A stretch of DNA of 64,000 nt from an uncultured Chloroflexia bacterium (lineage in GTDB: Bacteria > Chloroflexota > Limnocylindria > Limnocylindrales > CSP1-4). Position numbers and translations under genes: made by a program. The DNA lies in NCBI GenBank assembly GCA_963749705.1, contig CAVVNQ010000015.1, forward strand, positions 258,600-322,599, written 5' to 3'. The notes under the pieces were generated by a model that was not told the DNA's origin, made no database searches, and saw nothing but the letters and a program-made list of their open reading frames with translations. Each line of letters opens with the position of its first letter. The first letter of the stretch is position 1. Shown here one piece after another: positions 17,592 to 27,387 of the stretch.

Positions 17592-18547
17592 TGCCCGGCC
17601 ACCGCGACTCGCACGACCACGCGACCAACGACCTCGGACCTGCCACCGGCTCCACCCCGGGCGGCGCGAGTGGCCTGCCGGCGTCCGCCGCGCGGGAACC
17701 AGCGGCGGACGGGGATCGTCAGGGTATCGAGATGTCCAGCCATGCTGACCCGCACGACCACGCGACCCACGACCCGGAGCTGATCGCCGCCTTTGCCGCG
17801 GGCGATGCCGTCGGAGCGGATCTCGAGACCGCGACCACGCTGGTCGCCGTCTGCGCCGCGTGCGCGTCGCTCCACCACGACCTGCGGGCGATCGCCGCCG
17901 CGCTGCCCGACCTGCCGGTGCCCGTCCGCCGCCGTGACTTCCGGCTGACCGAGGACCAGGCCGGCGCGCTGCGCACGAACCGCTGGCGCCGCCTGGTCGG
18001 CGTGCTCGCCGGTCCGCGGTTCAGCTTCGCTGCCCCGCTGGGCACCGGGCTCGCCACCCTCGGCATCGCCGTCCTGGTCGTGTCGGGCAGCCTCGGCCTC
18101 CCGTTCGCCACCGGTGGCGCCACGAGCGCGGAGCGCGCGGTGTCGGGGCAGCAGTTCGCCGCGCAATCCCCGCTGCCGACCGGCGCGGCCGCGCTCGACG
18201 GCAACGGCGCCGTCGCGAGCCAGCCGATCCCCCCGGCAGCGCCGACAACCGGGCCTGTCGCGGCGGCGACAGCGGCTCCCGCGGCCGCATCGGGAGCTCC
18301 CGCCGCTCCGACGGCGGACTCGGGGACCGATGCCTCCGCCGGCGACGGCACCGACACGACCAACACCGGCGGCGACATCCAGGCCGAGGGCGCACCAACC
18401 ACCGGCGGCAAGTCATCGACCGGGAGCGACTTCGGCGCGCAGCCCGGGTTCGACGGTCGCGACCTGCCGCTCGCCGTCGGCATCACCGCGTTCCTGATCG
18501 GGCTTGCGCTCGTGGTGCTCCGGCAGCTGGTCCGCCGGCTGGCCTGA
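17591..18547 (+). CDS. putative anti-sigma factor (single TM, Ala/Pro-rich extracytoplasmic tail)
   Basis: Start overlaps the sigma stop (TGATG). N-terminal segment resembles anti-sigma factors (ELIAAFAAGD ... CAACASLHHDLRAIAAAL), followed by TM segments. An internal ATG at 17732 is an alternative start. Confidence 0.6.
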   Translation: MPGHRDSHDHATNDLGPATGSTPGGASGLPASAAREPAADGDRQGIEMSSHADPHDHATHDPELIAAFAAGDAVGADLETATTLVAVCAACASLHHDLRAIAAALPDLPVPVRRRDFRLTEDQAGALRTNRWRRLVGVLAGPRFSFAAPLGTGLATLGIAVLVVSGSLGLPFATGGATSAERAVSGQQFAAQSPLPTGAAALDGNGAVASQPIPPAAPTTGPVAAATAAPAAASGAPAAPTADSGTDASAGDGTDTTNTGGDIQAEGAPTTGGKSSTGSDFGAQPGFDGRDLPLAVGITAFLIGLALVVLRQLVRRLA

Positions 18548-18596
18548 GCCGCCTCGGCGCCGGCCGGCCGACATCGCCGCTTTGTGGCAGTGCCTC

Positions 18597-19694
18597 CTAC
18601 ACGAACCCCAGCGGCAGCCGCACCGTGAACGTCGATCCGTGGCCGGCGATCCCATCGCTCCGGACGTCGATCGTGCCGCCGTGGGCGATCGCGAGGTTTC
18701 GCGCGATCGTCAGGCCAAGCCCGCTGCCGCCGGAATCGCGGCGGCGATAGAACCGGACGAACACCCGATCGAGGTCCTCGCGCCGGATCCCTTCACCATC
18801 GTCGGTGACGGTCAGCACGGCATCATCGCCCTCGCGCCGCACGTCGACGCCGACGGTGCCCCCGGACGGCGTGTGCCGCAGCGCGTTGGTGACGAGGATC
18901 GCGAGGATCTCGCGGACGCGGACCGGATCCACGGAGGCGTCGACGGGCGCGCCGCCATCCGCGCGGAGATCGACGGCCCCGGCGGACGCCGCTGCGGAAT
19001 GCGCCCGGACGACCTCGCCCGCGAGGGCGCGAAGCTCCACCGGCTCGCGGTGGAGCGGGAGCGCGCCGGCCTCCGCCAGCGACAGCGTTCGCAGGTCGTC
19101 CAGCAGGCGATCCATGACCCGCGTCTCGGCGAGGATCGGCGCCAGGTGCTCGGCATCGGCCGGGTGGACGCCGTCGAGCATCGCCTCGACGCCGCCGGCG
19201 ATGACCGTGAGCGGCGTTCGCAGCTCGTGGGTGACGTCGGCGAGCAGCGCCTGGCGATCGGCCCGAGAGCGGTCGAGCCGCTCGGCCATCGTGTTGAACG
19301 ATCCGACCAGCCCGCGCACCGCCTGCGGACCACGGGCACGAACGCGGACATCGGTGTCACCGTCGGCGAGCCTGCCCGTCGCGGCGGCCAGCTCGGCCAG
19401 CGACCGGAACGCGCTGCCGAACGTGCGCGCACCCATGATGAGCGCGAACGCGATCACGACGACGACCGCGACCGCCGTGGTCGATGAGGGCGCGGCACCG
19501 GGCGCGACGATGCCGAGCAGGGCGCCGGCGACCCACGTCGCGAGGGCGGTCAGCAGCCCCACGAACAGGACGACCGCGACCATGAGGCAGCCGATGAGCC
19601 GGGCGGGGTGCCGCGGGCCGCGGCGCCACGGCCCGTGCGAACGATCGCGCCATGGTCGACCCCGCCAGGGCTCATCCCCGTCCGACGGGGTCAC
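18597..19694 (-). CDS. sensor histidine kinase (HAMP-HisKA-HATPase)
   Basis: Two TM segments, HAMP region, H-box THELRTPLT, N-box VTNALRHT, G-boxes DDGEGI and GSGLGL. Confidence 0.92.
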   Translation of the reverse strand: MTPSDGDEPWRGRPWRDRSHGPWRRGPRHPARLIGCLMVAVVLFVGLLTALATWVAGALLGIVAPGAAPSSTTAVAVVVVIAFALIMGARTFGSAFRSLAELAAATGRLADGDTDVRVRARGPQAVRGLVGSFNTMAERLDRSRADRQALLADVTHELRTPLTVIAGGVEAMLDGVHPADAEHLAPILAETRVMDRLLDDLRTLSLAEAGALPLHREPVELRALAGEVVRAHSAAASAGAVDLRADGGAPVDASVDPVRVREILAILVTNALRHTPSGGTVGVDVRREGDDAVLTVTDDGEGIRREDLDRVFVRFYRRRDSGGSGLGLTIARNLAIAHGGTIDVRSDGIAGHGSTFTVRLPLGFV

Positions 19695-20377
19695 GCGTCG
19701 GGCTCGTTGAGCGCGTACCCGACCCCGTGGACGGTCCTGACATACCGTGACTCGCCGCGCTCGGCCTCGAGCTTGCGGCGAAGGTTCCGGACGTGACCGT
19801 CGATCGCCCGCTCGTACGTCTCGAGGCTGAACCCGTGGACCGCATCGAGCAGCTGCGCCCGCGTCCAGACCCGGCCGGGCTCGCGCGCCAGGGTCGCCAG
19901 CAGCTCGAACTCGGTGGGCGTGAGCGACACCGGCCGGCCGCCGGCCACGACGCGACGCCGCCCCAGGTCGATCTCGAGGTCGCCGCTGACCAGCCGGCCA
20001 TCGGTTGTCGGCCCAACGTCGACGCGCCGGAGCACGGCGCGGATCCGGGCCACCAGCTCTCGCGGGCTGAACGGCTTCACGACGTAGTCATCGGCACCCA
20101 GCTCGAGCCCGGCGACCTTGTCGGTCTCGTCGCCGCGAGCGGTCAGGATCACGATCGGGACGGTCGACTCCCGGCGCAGCGCGCGGATCACGTCCAGCCC
20201 GTCGAGCCGGGGCAGGCCGAGGTCGAGGACCAGCGCATCGGGTCGCCGGGCACGGGTCAGCGCGAGCGCAGAGACGCCGTCCCCGGCGGCGAGGACGGCA
20301 AAGCCCGCATGTTCGAGGTAGTCACGGACGAGGCCGGCGATCTGCGGCTCGTCCTCGACGACGAGGATGGTGCGCAT
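19691..20377 (-). CDS. OmpR-family DNA-binding response regulator
   Basis: Receiver domain (ILVVEDE ... DALVLDLGLP ... KPF) plus winged-helix trans_reg_C domain (VWTRAQLL ... RTVHGVGY). 4-nt overlap with the kinase gene. Confidence 0.93.
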   Translation of the reverse strand: MRTILVVEDEPQIAGLVRDYLEHAGFAVLAAGDGVSALALTRARRPDALVLDLGLPRLDGLDVIRALRRESTVPIVILTARGDETDKVAGLELGADDYVVKPFSPRELVARIRAVLRRVDVGPTTDGRLVSGDLEIDLGRRRVVAGGRPVSLTPTEFELLATLAREPGRVWTRAQLLDAVHGFSLETYERAIDGHVRNLRRKLEAERGESRYVRTVHGVGYALNEPDA

Positions 20378-20406
20378 CGGGTGCTCCGGGATGCGGCGAC
20401 GCCGGA

Positions 20407-20436
20407 CGCGTCGGCGCCGGGCGCGTCGGCGCCGGG
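20407..20436. repeat. perfect 15-bp tandem direct repeat x2, 30-59 nt upstream of the response-regulator start codon
   Basis: cgcgtcggcgccggg at 20407-20421 and again at 20422-20436. Confidence 0.85.
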
Positions 20437-20496
20437 CGAGGATACCCGCCCGGCGCCGCGCTGGACCAGGAGTCGAAGGTCGGTCGGCCGGCCCGG

Positions 20497-20862
20497 TCAG
20501 CCGGCCGGGTTGGCGCCGGTGCCACCCGCAGCGCGGCCTTCGTCCTCCTCGTGGAGGCGGCGGTGCATGTCGGCGACCCAGCGGCGGCGAGGGTCGTCAG
20601 GGTCGGTGGCTGCCATCCGCCCGGTCCACGGCCCGTGGCCGTGACCCCACGCGCCACGGCGCCGGCCGGCGAAGGCGAAGAACAGGAACCCGATGAACAG
20701 CAGGAAGAACAGCGTGCCGAGCCCGGGGAAACCGCCGGTCACGACAACGGTGGCACCCGCCGTCGCGGCATTGGAGGCGAGACCGGCCTGGTAGCCGATG
20801 AGGCCCGCGACGATCGCGACGAAGGTGAGGAACAGGAGGCCGACGAGGCCGGTGCGACGCAT
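20497..20862 (-). CDS. small membrane protein (2 TM, His/Gly/Arg-rich cytoplasmic tail)
   Basis: 121-aa ORF with two clear hydrophobic helices, upstream of and co-oriented with the two-component genes. GGAGAG Shine-Dalgarno upstream. Confidence 0.6.
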   Translation of the reverse strand: MRRTGLVGLLFLTFVAIVAGLIGYQAGLASNAATAGATVVVTGGFPGLGTLFFLLFIGFLFFAFAGRRRGAWGHGHGPWTGRMAATDPDDPRRRWVADMHRRLHEEDEGRAAGGTGANPAG

Positions 20863-21074
20863 GGTGATGATCTCTCCGTTGAGGCCCGGATCCCCGGGCG
20901 GTGTTGACGTGATGTGGCGAGGATGGCGAGCAGATGTGCGCAGGTCGTGCGCATGCCGTGCGGGTTCGGTGGGTTTCGAGACCCGGCGGCGCCGGCGCCT
21001 GGCGGTCCGCCGTCTCCCGACCCCGGCGCCCCGGCGGCTACACTGGCCGGGTCCCGCCCCGCACGGACCCGCCG

Positions 21075-24057
21075 ATGGAACGCCTCCTGCTGCTCGACGG
21101 CAACGGCCTCATCTACCGCGGCTACTTCGCCCTCATCGACCAGCCCCTGACGACGTCGAAGGGCGAGCTGGTCACGGCCGTGTTCGGCTTCACCAACATC
21201 GTGCTGCGCGCGATCCAGGACGTGAAGCCGGATCGGATCGCGGTTGCGTTCGACCTCGGCAAGCCGACCTTCCGTCACGAGCGATACGCCGAGTACAAGG
21301 CCAACCGGACGCGGATGCCGGACGACATGCGCGAGCAGATCCCCAAGGTGCGCGAGGTCGTCAGGGCGCTGGGGATCCCCGTCTACGAGCGCGAGGGCTT
21401 CGAGGCGGACGACGCGATCGCGACCCTGGTGGGCCAGGCCGAGGCGCACGACTTCGAGGTCACCATCCTCACCGGCGACCTGGACATGCTCCAGCTGGTC
21501 AGCGAGCGCACCCGGCTCATGGTCTCGCTGCGCGGCGGGATCGCGAACACGGTCGCGTATGACCTGGCGAAGATCGATGACCGGTGGGGCCTGCGTCCGG
21601 ACCAGATGCTCGACTACAAGGCGCTCAAGGGCGACCCCACCGACAACATCCCGGGCATCCCCGGGGTGGGGGAGAAGACCGCCTCAAAGCTGATCGCCAC
21701 CTGGGAGTCGCTCGACAACCTGTACCGGCATCTCGACGAGGTGACCCCCGAGAAGCTGCGCCCGCTGCTCGCCGAGCACAGCGAGTCGGTCCTCGAGAGC
21801 CGGGAGCTGATGCGCCTCGTGCGGGACGTGGACGTGACCCTGGATCCCGAGGCCGGGCGGGTGGGGGAGTACGACCGCGAGGCCGTTGTCCGGCTGTTCC
21901 GCGAGTACGAGTTCCGGACGCTGATCGACCGGCTGCCGCCGCTGTCGGGCGAGCGGCCGGAAGACGCGATCCTCGCGCTGCGCGAGGTGCGCGACGCGGG
22001 GTTCCCGGCAGCGCAGGGCGTCGGTCGCAGCGCGGGCACGGGGCCCGGCGGCCCGCGCTCGGGGGCGCGCGACGGTAACGGGGCAGGCGCGACGGCCGGC
22101 GGTGCGCTCCAGCTGTCGATGGACTTCGACATGGTGTCGGGCGGTGCCGGCGCGGCCACGGGGCGGCTGGGCGGGCTGGCCGGGACCCGCGCCGCCGAGG
22201 AGCGCGCGGAGGCGATCGCCCAGGCGTCCGGTGACCTGCCCGGCGCCCTGGCGGCGGCGATCGTCGACCCGGGGCGGATCGAGGTCGTGGGACCGGATGG
22301 CGTCGCGGGTCTCGAGACATGGCTCCGTGGACAGCCGGCGGTCGGCGTCGCGCTCGTGGTCGACGATCCGCGGCCGCTGGCCGGGACGCCGCTGGCGCTC
22401 GCGGTCGCCGGGGACGACGGGCGGGTCGTGGCGGCCGAGGGCCCCGACGCCGCGCTCGCGCTGCGCCACCTGCTGGAAACGGTCGGGGCGCATCTGGTGG
22501 GCCACGAGGTCAAGCCGTTCCTGACTGCGAGGTTCGCCGAGGCGCCGGCGGAAACGCCGCTCGTCGTCGACTTCGACACCCAGATCGCCGCCTACCTCGT
22601 CAATGCGGCGCTGCGTGCCCAGAAGATCGCGGACGTGGTGGCCGAGCGGCTCGACCTGGTCCTGCCGCCGGCCGCGGCGGGCCTGCCCCCGACGGCGATC
22701 GCCGGGCTCGAGGCGCTGTCGGTGCTCGCCGTCCGACCCTCGCTGGCCCAGGCGCTCCGCGACGAGGGCGTCGAGCGCCTGTTCGCCGAGGTCGAGCTGC
22801 CGCTGATCCCGATCCTCGCCCGGATGGAGGCGGTCGGGATCGCGCTCGACGAGGCGGCGCTGGGCGAGCTCGAGCGCGAGTTCGCGACCGAGATCGAGCG
22901 GCTGGAGCGCGAGATCTACGACGCGGTCGGCCACGAGTTCACGATCGGCTCACCCAAGCAGCTGGGCGAGATCCTGTTCGTCGAGCTCCAGCTGCCCAAG
23001 GGCCGCAAGACGAAGACCGGCTATTCCACCGATGCCACCGTGCTCGAGGAGCTGCGCGGCGTCCATCCCGTCATCGAGCCCGTGCTCGACTGGCGGATCT
23101 ACACCAAGCTCCGGTCCACCTACGTCGAGGCGTTGCCGCACCTGATCGGGCCCGACGGGCGGCTCCACACCCTGTTCCACCAGGCCGTCGCGGCGACGGG
23201 CCGGCTGTCGTCATCGGACCCCAACCTCCAGAACATCCCCATCCGCACGCCGCTGGGCCGACGCATCCGCCACGCGTTCGTCGCGGGCTCGCCGGACACG
23301 ACGCTGGTGGCCGCCGACTACAGCCAGATCGAGCTCCGGATCCTCGCCCACGTCTCCGGGGACGAGCACCTCGCGGACGCGTTCGCGCGTGGCGCCGACA
23401 TCCACCGCGAGACGGCCGCGCGCGTGCTGCGCAAGGAGCCGGCCGAGGTCACCAGCCGACGAGCGGTCGATGGCCAAGATGGTCAACTTCGGGCTGGCGT
23501 ACGGGATGAGCGACTTCGGCCTGTCGTCGCGGGCCGGGATCAGCCGCCAGGACGCCCAGGAGTTCATCAACTCCTACTTCGCCGCGTACGGCGGGATCAG
23601 CCGCTACATGCTCCACATCCGCGAGACCGCGCGCGAGGTGGGCTACGTGGCGACGCTGCTCGGCCGGCGCCGGCGGATCCCGGAGCTCGAGGCCCGCAAC
23701 GGCGCGCTGCGCGCGGCGGGCGAGCGGATGGCGATCAACATGCCCATCCAGGGCACGGCCGCGGACATCGTCAAGATCGCGATGATCCGGCTCGACCAGG
23801 CGCTCCGCGACGGCGGATTCCATTCCCGGCTGCTGCTGTCGGTCCACGACGAGCTGCTGCTCGAGACGCCCCGCGACGAGGTGGACCGGCTGCTGCCCGT
23901 GCTGCGCGAGACGATGGAAGGGGCGCTGCCGCTGTCGGTCCCGCTCACGGTCGAGGCCAAGGTCGGCGACTCGTGGGAGGGGATGACGCCGGTGTCGCGC
24001 CGGGACGCGGAGCTCTCGGAGGCAGGTGCCGCCCCGGACCTCAGCACCGGTCCCTGA
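21075..24057 (+). pseudogene. polA: DNA polymerase I, interrupted by a +1 frame break at about 23451-23454
   Basis: N-terminal 5'-nuclease (LLLLDGNGLIYRGYFA), exonuclease-like domain and polymerase motif A in frame 0. Motif B (AKMVNFGLAYGMS) and motif C (SVHDELLLE) continue in frame +1 to the stop at 24057. Confidence 0.9.
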
Positions 24058-24078
24058 GCTCACCGGGAGGATCGGCGA

Positions 24079-25023
24079 ATGCCCAAGGGACCGCCGCTTC
24101 CGCTCCAGCGAGATGATCCCGCGCGACTGCCACCCCGCCTCGTGCGGGAGCTCGAGGCCGGCGCGGGGCTGTGGTGGGCGAGTGACCACTACACGAGCCC
24201 GGCCACGATCGTGGACCAGGCGCGCGAGGTCGGCGCAACGGCGCTGCGGCTCGATGTCCGGGACCTGTCGCTGCTGGCCGCGCTGCCGGATCTTCGGTAC
24301 CTGTGGCTCCGGACCGACGGCATCCCGGATGTCACGCCGATTGCCGGCCTGCGTGCGCTCCGTGGCCTGCTGGTCGAAGCCCGTGGCATGCGAGGCAGCC
24401 TCGACCCCCTCGCGTTCCCGCACCTCCGCTGGCTCAGGATCGGGCTGGGCGGCAAGCTGGGGCCGGACATCACGGCGTCGATCGCGCGCGGGCACCCCGG
24501 GCTCGAGTGGCTGGCGCTGACCGAGACCAGGGCCCGGGTCGTGACCGACCTGTGCCCCGCCTTTCCGTCGCTGCGCGTCCTCCGGATCGGGTACGCGGAC
24601 CACCTGAGGCACCTGGGTCACCTCGACGAGGCGTCACCCAGACTCGAGAAGCTGTCGCTGCACCTGACGCCGATCGAGTCGCTGGACGGGCTGGCCGGCG
24701 CGACGAACCTGTCGGTCCTCGACCTGACCGGCGGTCGCATCACGGACCTCGAGCCCATTCGCGCGCTCCCGGCGCTCCGCTACGTCCAGCTGCTCCAGCC
24801 GCGCCTGCCGTCGATCGAGCCGCTGCGTGGGCACCCGACGATCCGGATGCTGTCGCTGGTGACGGCCCAGGAGCCCGAGGCCGACGTGCTCGCGTCCATG
24901 GCCAGGCTCGTCGGCGTGGTCCATGGCAAGGGGTTCGAGCGCGAGGTCGGGGTGCCCGACCTCCTCCGGCTCGCCAGGGACCACCCGTTGCGCCGGGAAT
25001 GGTTCGAGGCGATCGACGCGTAG
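24079..25023 (+). CDS. leucine-rich repeat (LRR) protein, no signal peptide
   Basis: Repeated LxxLxLxx(N/T)xIxDLxPLxxL units (LRYLWLRTDGIPDVTPIAGL, LSVLDLTGGRITDLEPIRAL, LRYVQLLQPRLPSIEPLRGH). GGAGGA Shine-Dalgarno. Begins 22 nt after polA. Confidence 0.75.
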   Translation: MPKGPPLPLQRDDPARLPPRLVRELEAGAGLWWASDHYTSPATIVDQAREVGATALRLDVRDLSLLAALPDLRYLWLRTDGIPDVTPIAGLRALRGLLVEARGMRGSLDPLAFPHLRWLRIGLGGKLGPDITASIARGHPGLEWLALTETRARVVTDLCPAFPSLRVLRIGYADHLRHLGHLDEASPRLEKLSLHLTPIESLDGLAGATNLSVLDLTGGRITDLEPIRALPALRYVQLLQPRLPSIEPLRGHPTIRMLSLVTAQEPEADVLASMARLVGVVHGKGFEREVGVPDLLRLARDHPLRREWFEAIDA

Positions 25024-25056
25024 ATCCGCCGGCGCGATCCCCGGCCGGCAGCCGGG

Positions 25057-26319
25057 TCAGCCGACCGGGCTCACCGGGGCGCCACGCAGCGTGCCCGTCC
25101 TGAGCAGCGACGGGGCGAGTGCCGCGACCGCCAGCGCGGCCGCCGTCGGGATCAGGAACGCGACCGCCAGCCCGGCTGCGTCTGCCGCGACCCCGACCAG
25201 CGCCGGAGCGATCACGAACCCGACCCGGGCCAGCCAGGACACGATCGCGATCCCATGTGCCGGGGCGACGCCGGGCACCGTCGCGGCCCGGTCGACCATC
25301 ACCGGGAACATGGCGGCGGCACCAAGGCCGACGAGGATGAACCCCAGGTACGCGAGCGGCGGCGCCTCGAACGCCCCGGCCCCCATCACGAGCCCCAGCC
25401 CGGCCGCGGCCACGAGCGCGCCGGCCCGCGCGACCTCGGTGCCGCCCCAGCGGTCGACCCAGCGATCGTTGGTCAGGCGGCCCAGCGTCATTGCCGCCGC
25501 GTACAGGACGTAGGCAACCGCCGCGAGACCGGCCGCGACGCCGAGCGTGTCGTGGACGTACACGGTGCCCCACGTCTGGGCCGCGTCCTCGAGCATCACG
25601 CCCAGGACGCCGAGCAACGCCAGCGGCCCCAGCAGCCGCAGCAGCCGGGGCGCGTTGCGGAGGTGGATGTGCTGGTCGGCCACGCCATCGATCCCGGCCA
25701 CATGATCGATCCCGCGTTCCGTGAGCAGCCCGCGCGCGGCGATCAGCGTGACCCCCGCGAGCGCGATCCCCGCCAGCGCGAGGTGGGCGGGGACCGGGAC
25801 CATCGCGCCCGCCGCCAGCGCCCCGACGGATCCGCCGACCAGGGTGCCCGCGCTCCACCAGCCATGGAACGAGTGGAGGATCGACCGGCCATACCGCCGC
25901 TGGACGATGATCCCGTGGGCGTTCTGCGCGGCGTCCATCGTCGCGTCGAGCGCGCCCAGCACCAGGAAGCCGGCTGCGAGGACCGGCCACGACGGCGCCA
26001 GCCCCAGCCACGCGAGCAGCGCGCAGAACACGAGCCCGGTCACGACGGTCAGCCGGCCGCTGCCGAATCGCTGGATGAGCAGGCCGGCCAGCCCGCCCGC
26101 GATGAGCCCGCCCACCGGCATCGCGGCCACCGCGGCGCCCAGCTCCGCGTTGGACAGGCCGAGGTTCGCCTTGATCACGGGGAGCCTCGGCAGGACGTTG
26201 GCGATGAGCGCGCCGTTGACGAGGAACAGGGCACTGACCGCGAGCCGCGCGCGTCGGGCGTCGGGCGCAACGGTCGTGGCGTTCACCGCTCCATCATCGC
26301 GTATCTGTCCTATCGTCAC
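25057..26319 (-). CDS. MFS transporter
   Basis: 420 aa with about 12 TM helices and Gly/Ala-rich helices typical of the MFS. The true start may lie downstream of 26319. Confidence 0.85.
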   Translation of the reverse strand: MTIGQIRDDGAVNATTVAPDARRARLAVSALFLVNGALIANVLPRLPVIKANLGLSNAELGAAVAAMPVGGLIAGGLAGLLIQRFGSGRLTVVTGLVFCALLAWLGLAPSWPVLAAGFLVLGALDATMDAAQNAHGIIVQRRYGRSILHSFHGWWSAGTLVGGSVGALAAGAMVPVPAHLALAGIALAGVTLIAARGLLTERGIDHVAGIDGVADQHIHLRNAPRLLRLLGPLALLGVLGVMLEDAAQTWGTVYVHDTLGVAAGLAAVAYVLYAAAMTLGRLTNDRWVDRWGGTEVARAGALVAAAGLGLVMGAGAFEAPPLAYLGFILVGLGAAAMFPVMVDRAATVPGVAPAHGIAIVSWLARVGFVIAPALVGVAADAAGLAVAFLIPTAAALAVAALAPSLLRTGTLRGAPVSPVG

Positions 26320-26324
26320 GACCG

Positions 26325-27387
26325 ATGCCTGAGCTTCCCGAGGTCGAGACCGTCGCCCGCGACCTCCGGCGCCACCTGCTGCCCGAGGGCGGCGGGCCGG
26401 GGCCGGTGATCATCGACGCGCGCGTCGGATGGGCGCGCACGCTTCGTGATGCGGACCCCGCGGCGTTCATCGCCGCCGCTTCCGGGCGCCGGATCATGGC
26501 CATCGGGCGCCGCGGCAAGCAGGTCGTCATCGACCTCGACCATGGGGCATTCCTGACCGTCCATCTCAAGATGACCGGCCAGCTGTTCGTGGTCCCGGCA
26601 TCGCTGGCGCGCGATCCCTACGAGCGGCTGGCCCTGGCGCTCGACGACGGGCGCGAGCTCCGGTTCCGCGACATCCGCAAGTTCGGCCGAGTGGGGCTGT
26701 ATTCAACCGAGGACGACCCGTTCGGCGACGTCGGACCCGAGCCGCTCGAATCCCGCATTCACGCTGCGGGCGTTCCGGGCACGGATCCGGGGTCGTCGCG
26801 CCCGGCTCAAGCCGTTGCTCGTCGACCAGTCGTTCATCGCCGGCGTCGGCAACATCTACGCGGACGAGGCGCTGTGGCGGTCGAAGCTCCATCCGCTCCG
26901 GTCGGCGGCGTCGCTGCGTCCGCGCGACGAGCGGCTGCTGTATCAGAGCATTCGCGACATCCTGGCCGAGGCCGTGGAGCGCCGCGGGAGCTCGATCGAC
27001 GACTACACCGCTCCCGACGGCGACGGCGAGATGCAGGAGCGGCTCGAGGTCTACCAGCGCACGGGCTCCCCGTGCCTCCGCTGCGGCCGCCCGATCCGGC
27101 GGATCGTCATCGGCATCCGCGCGACGCACTTCTGCTCGTGGTGCCAGCGGCTGCCGGCGGCGGAGCGACCTGCCGCCGCGGCGCTGTTGCGGACCATGAC
27201 GCCGCGGCCCGGCGGGTCATCGAAGGCCCGCACCGGCCGCCCGGGTCGCCGCTGGGTCGAGCTCGATGGTGACGGCGCCCTGGGGCGAACCGCCGACGAG
27301 GCCGCCGCGGCGCGGGAGCGGGCGCAGCGCACCCGGGCGGCCGCCGCGGCGCGCCGGGCGGTCGCGCGCGAGGGGGCGGGGGCATGA
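26325..27387 (+). pseudogene. mutM: formamidopyrimidine-DNA glycosylase, interrupted by a +1 frame break at about 26748-26754
   Basis: MPELPEVE catalytic N-terminus and LKMTG ... RKFG in frame 0. H2TH (LLVDQSFIAGVGNIYADEALW) and zinc finger (CLRCGRPI ... FCSWCQ) in frame +1. About 78-aa Arg/Ala-rich C-terminal tail. Confidence 0.88.

Noticed and set aside
21039-21044. TACACT hexamer upstream of polA, considered as another leaderless promoter.
   Set aside because: The first usable start codon (ATG at 21075) is 30 nt downstream, so the geometry does not fit. It may still be a -10 element, but I cannot support that.
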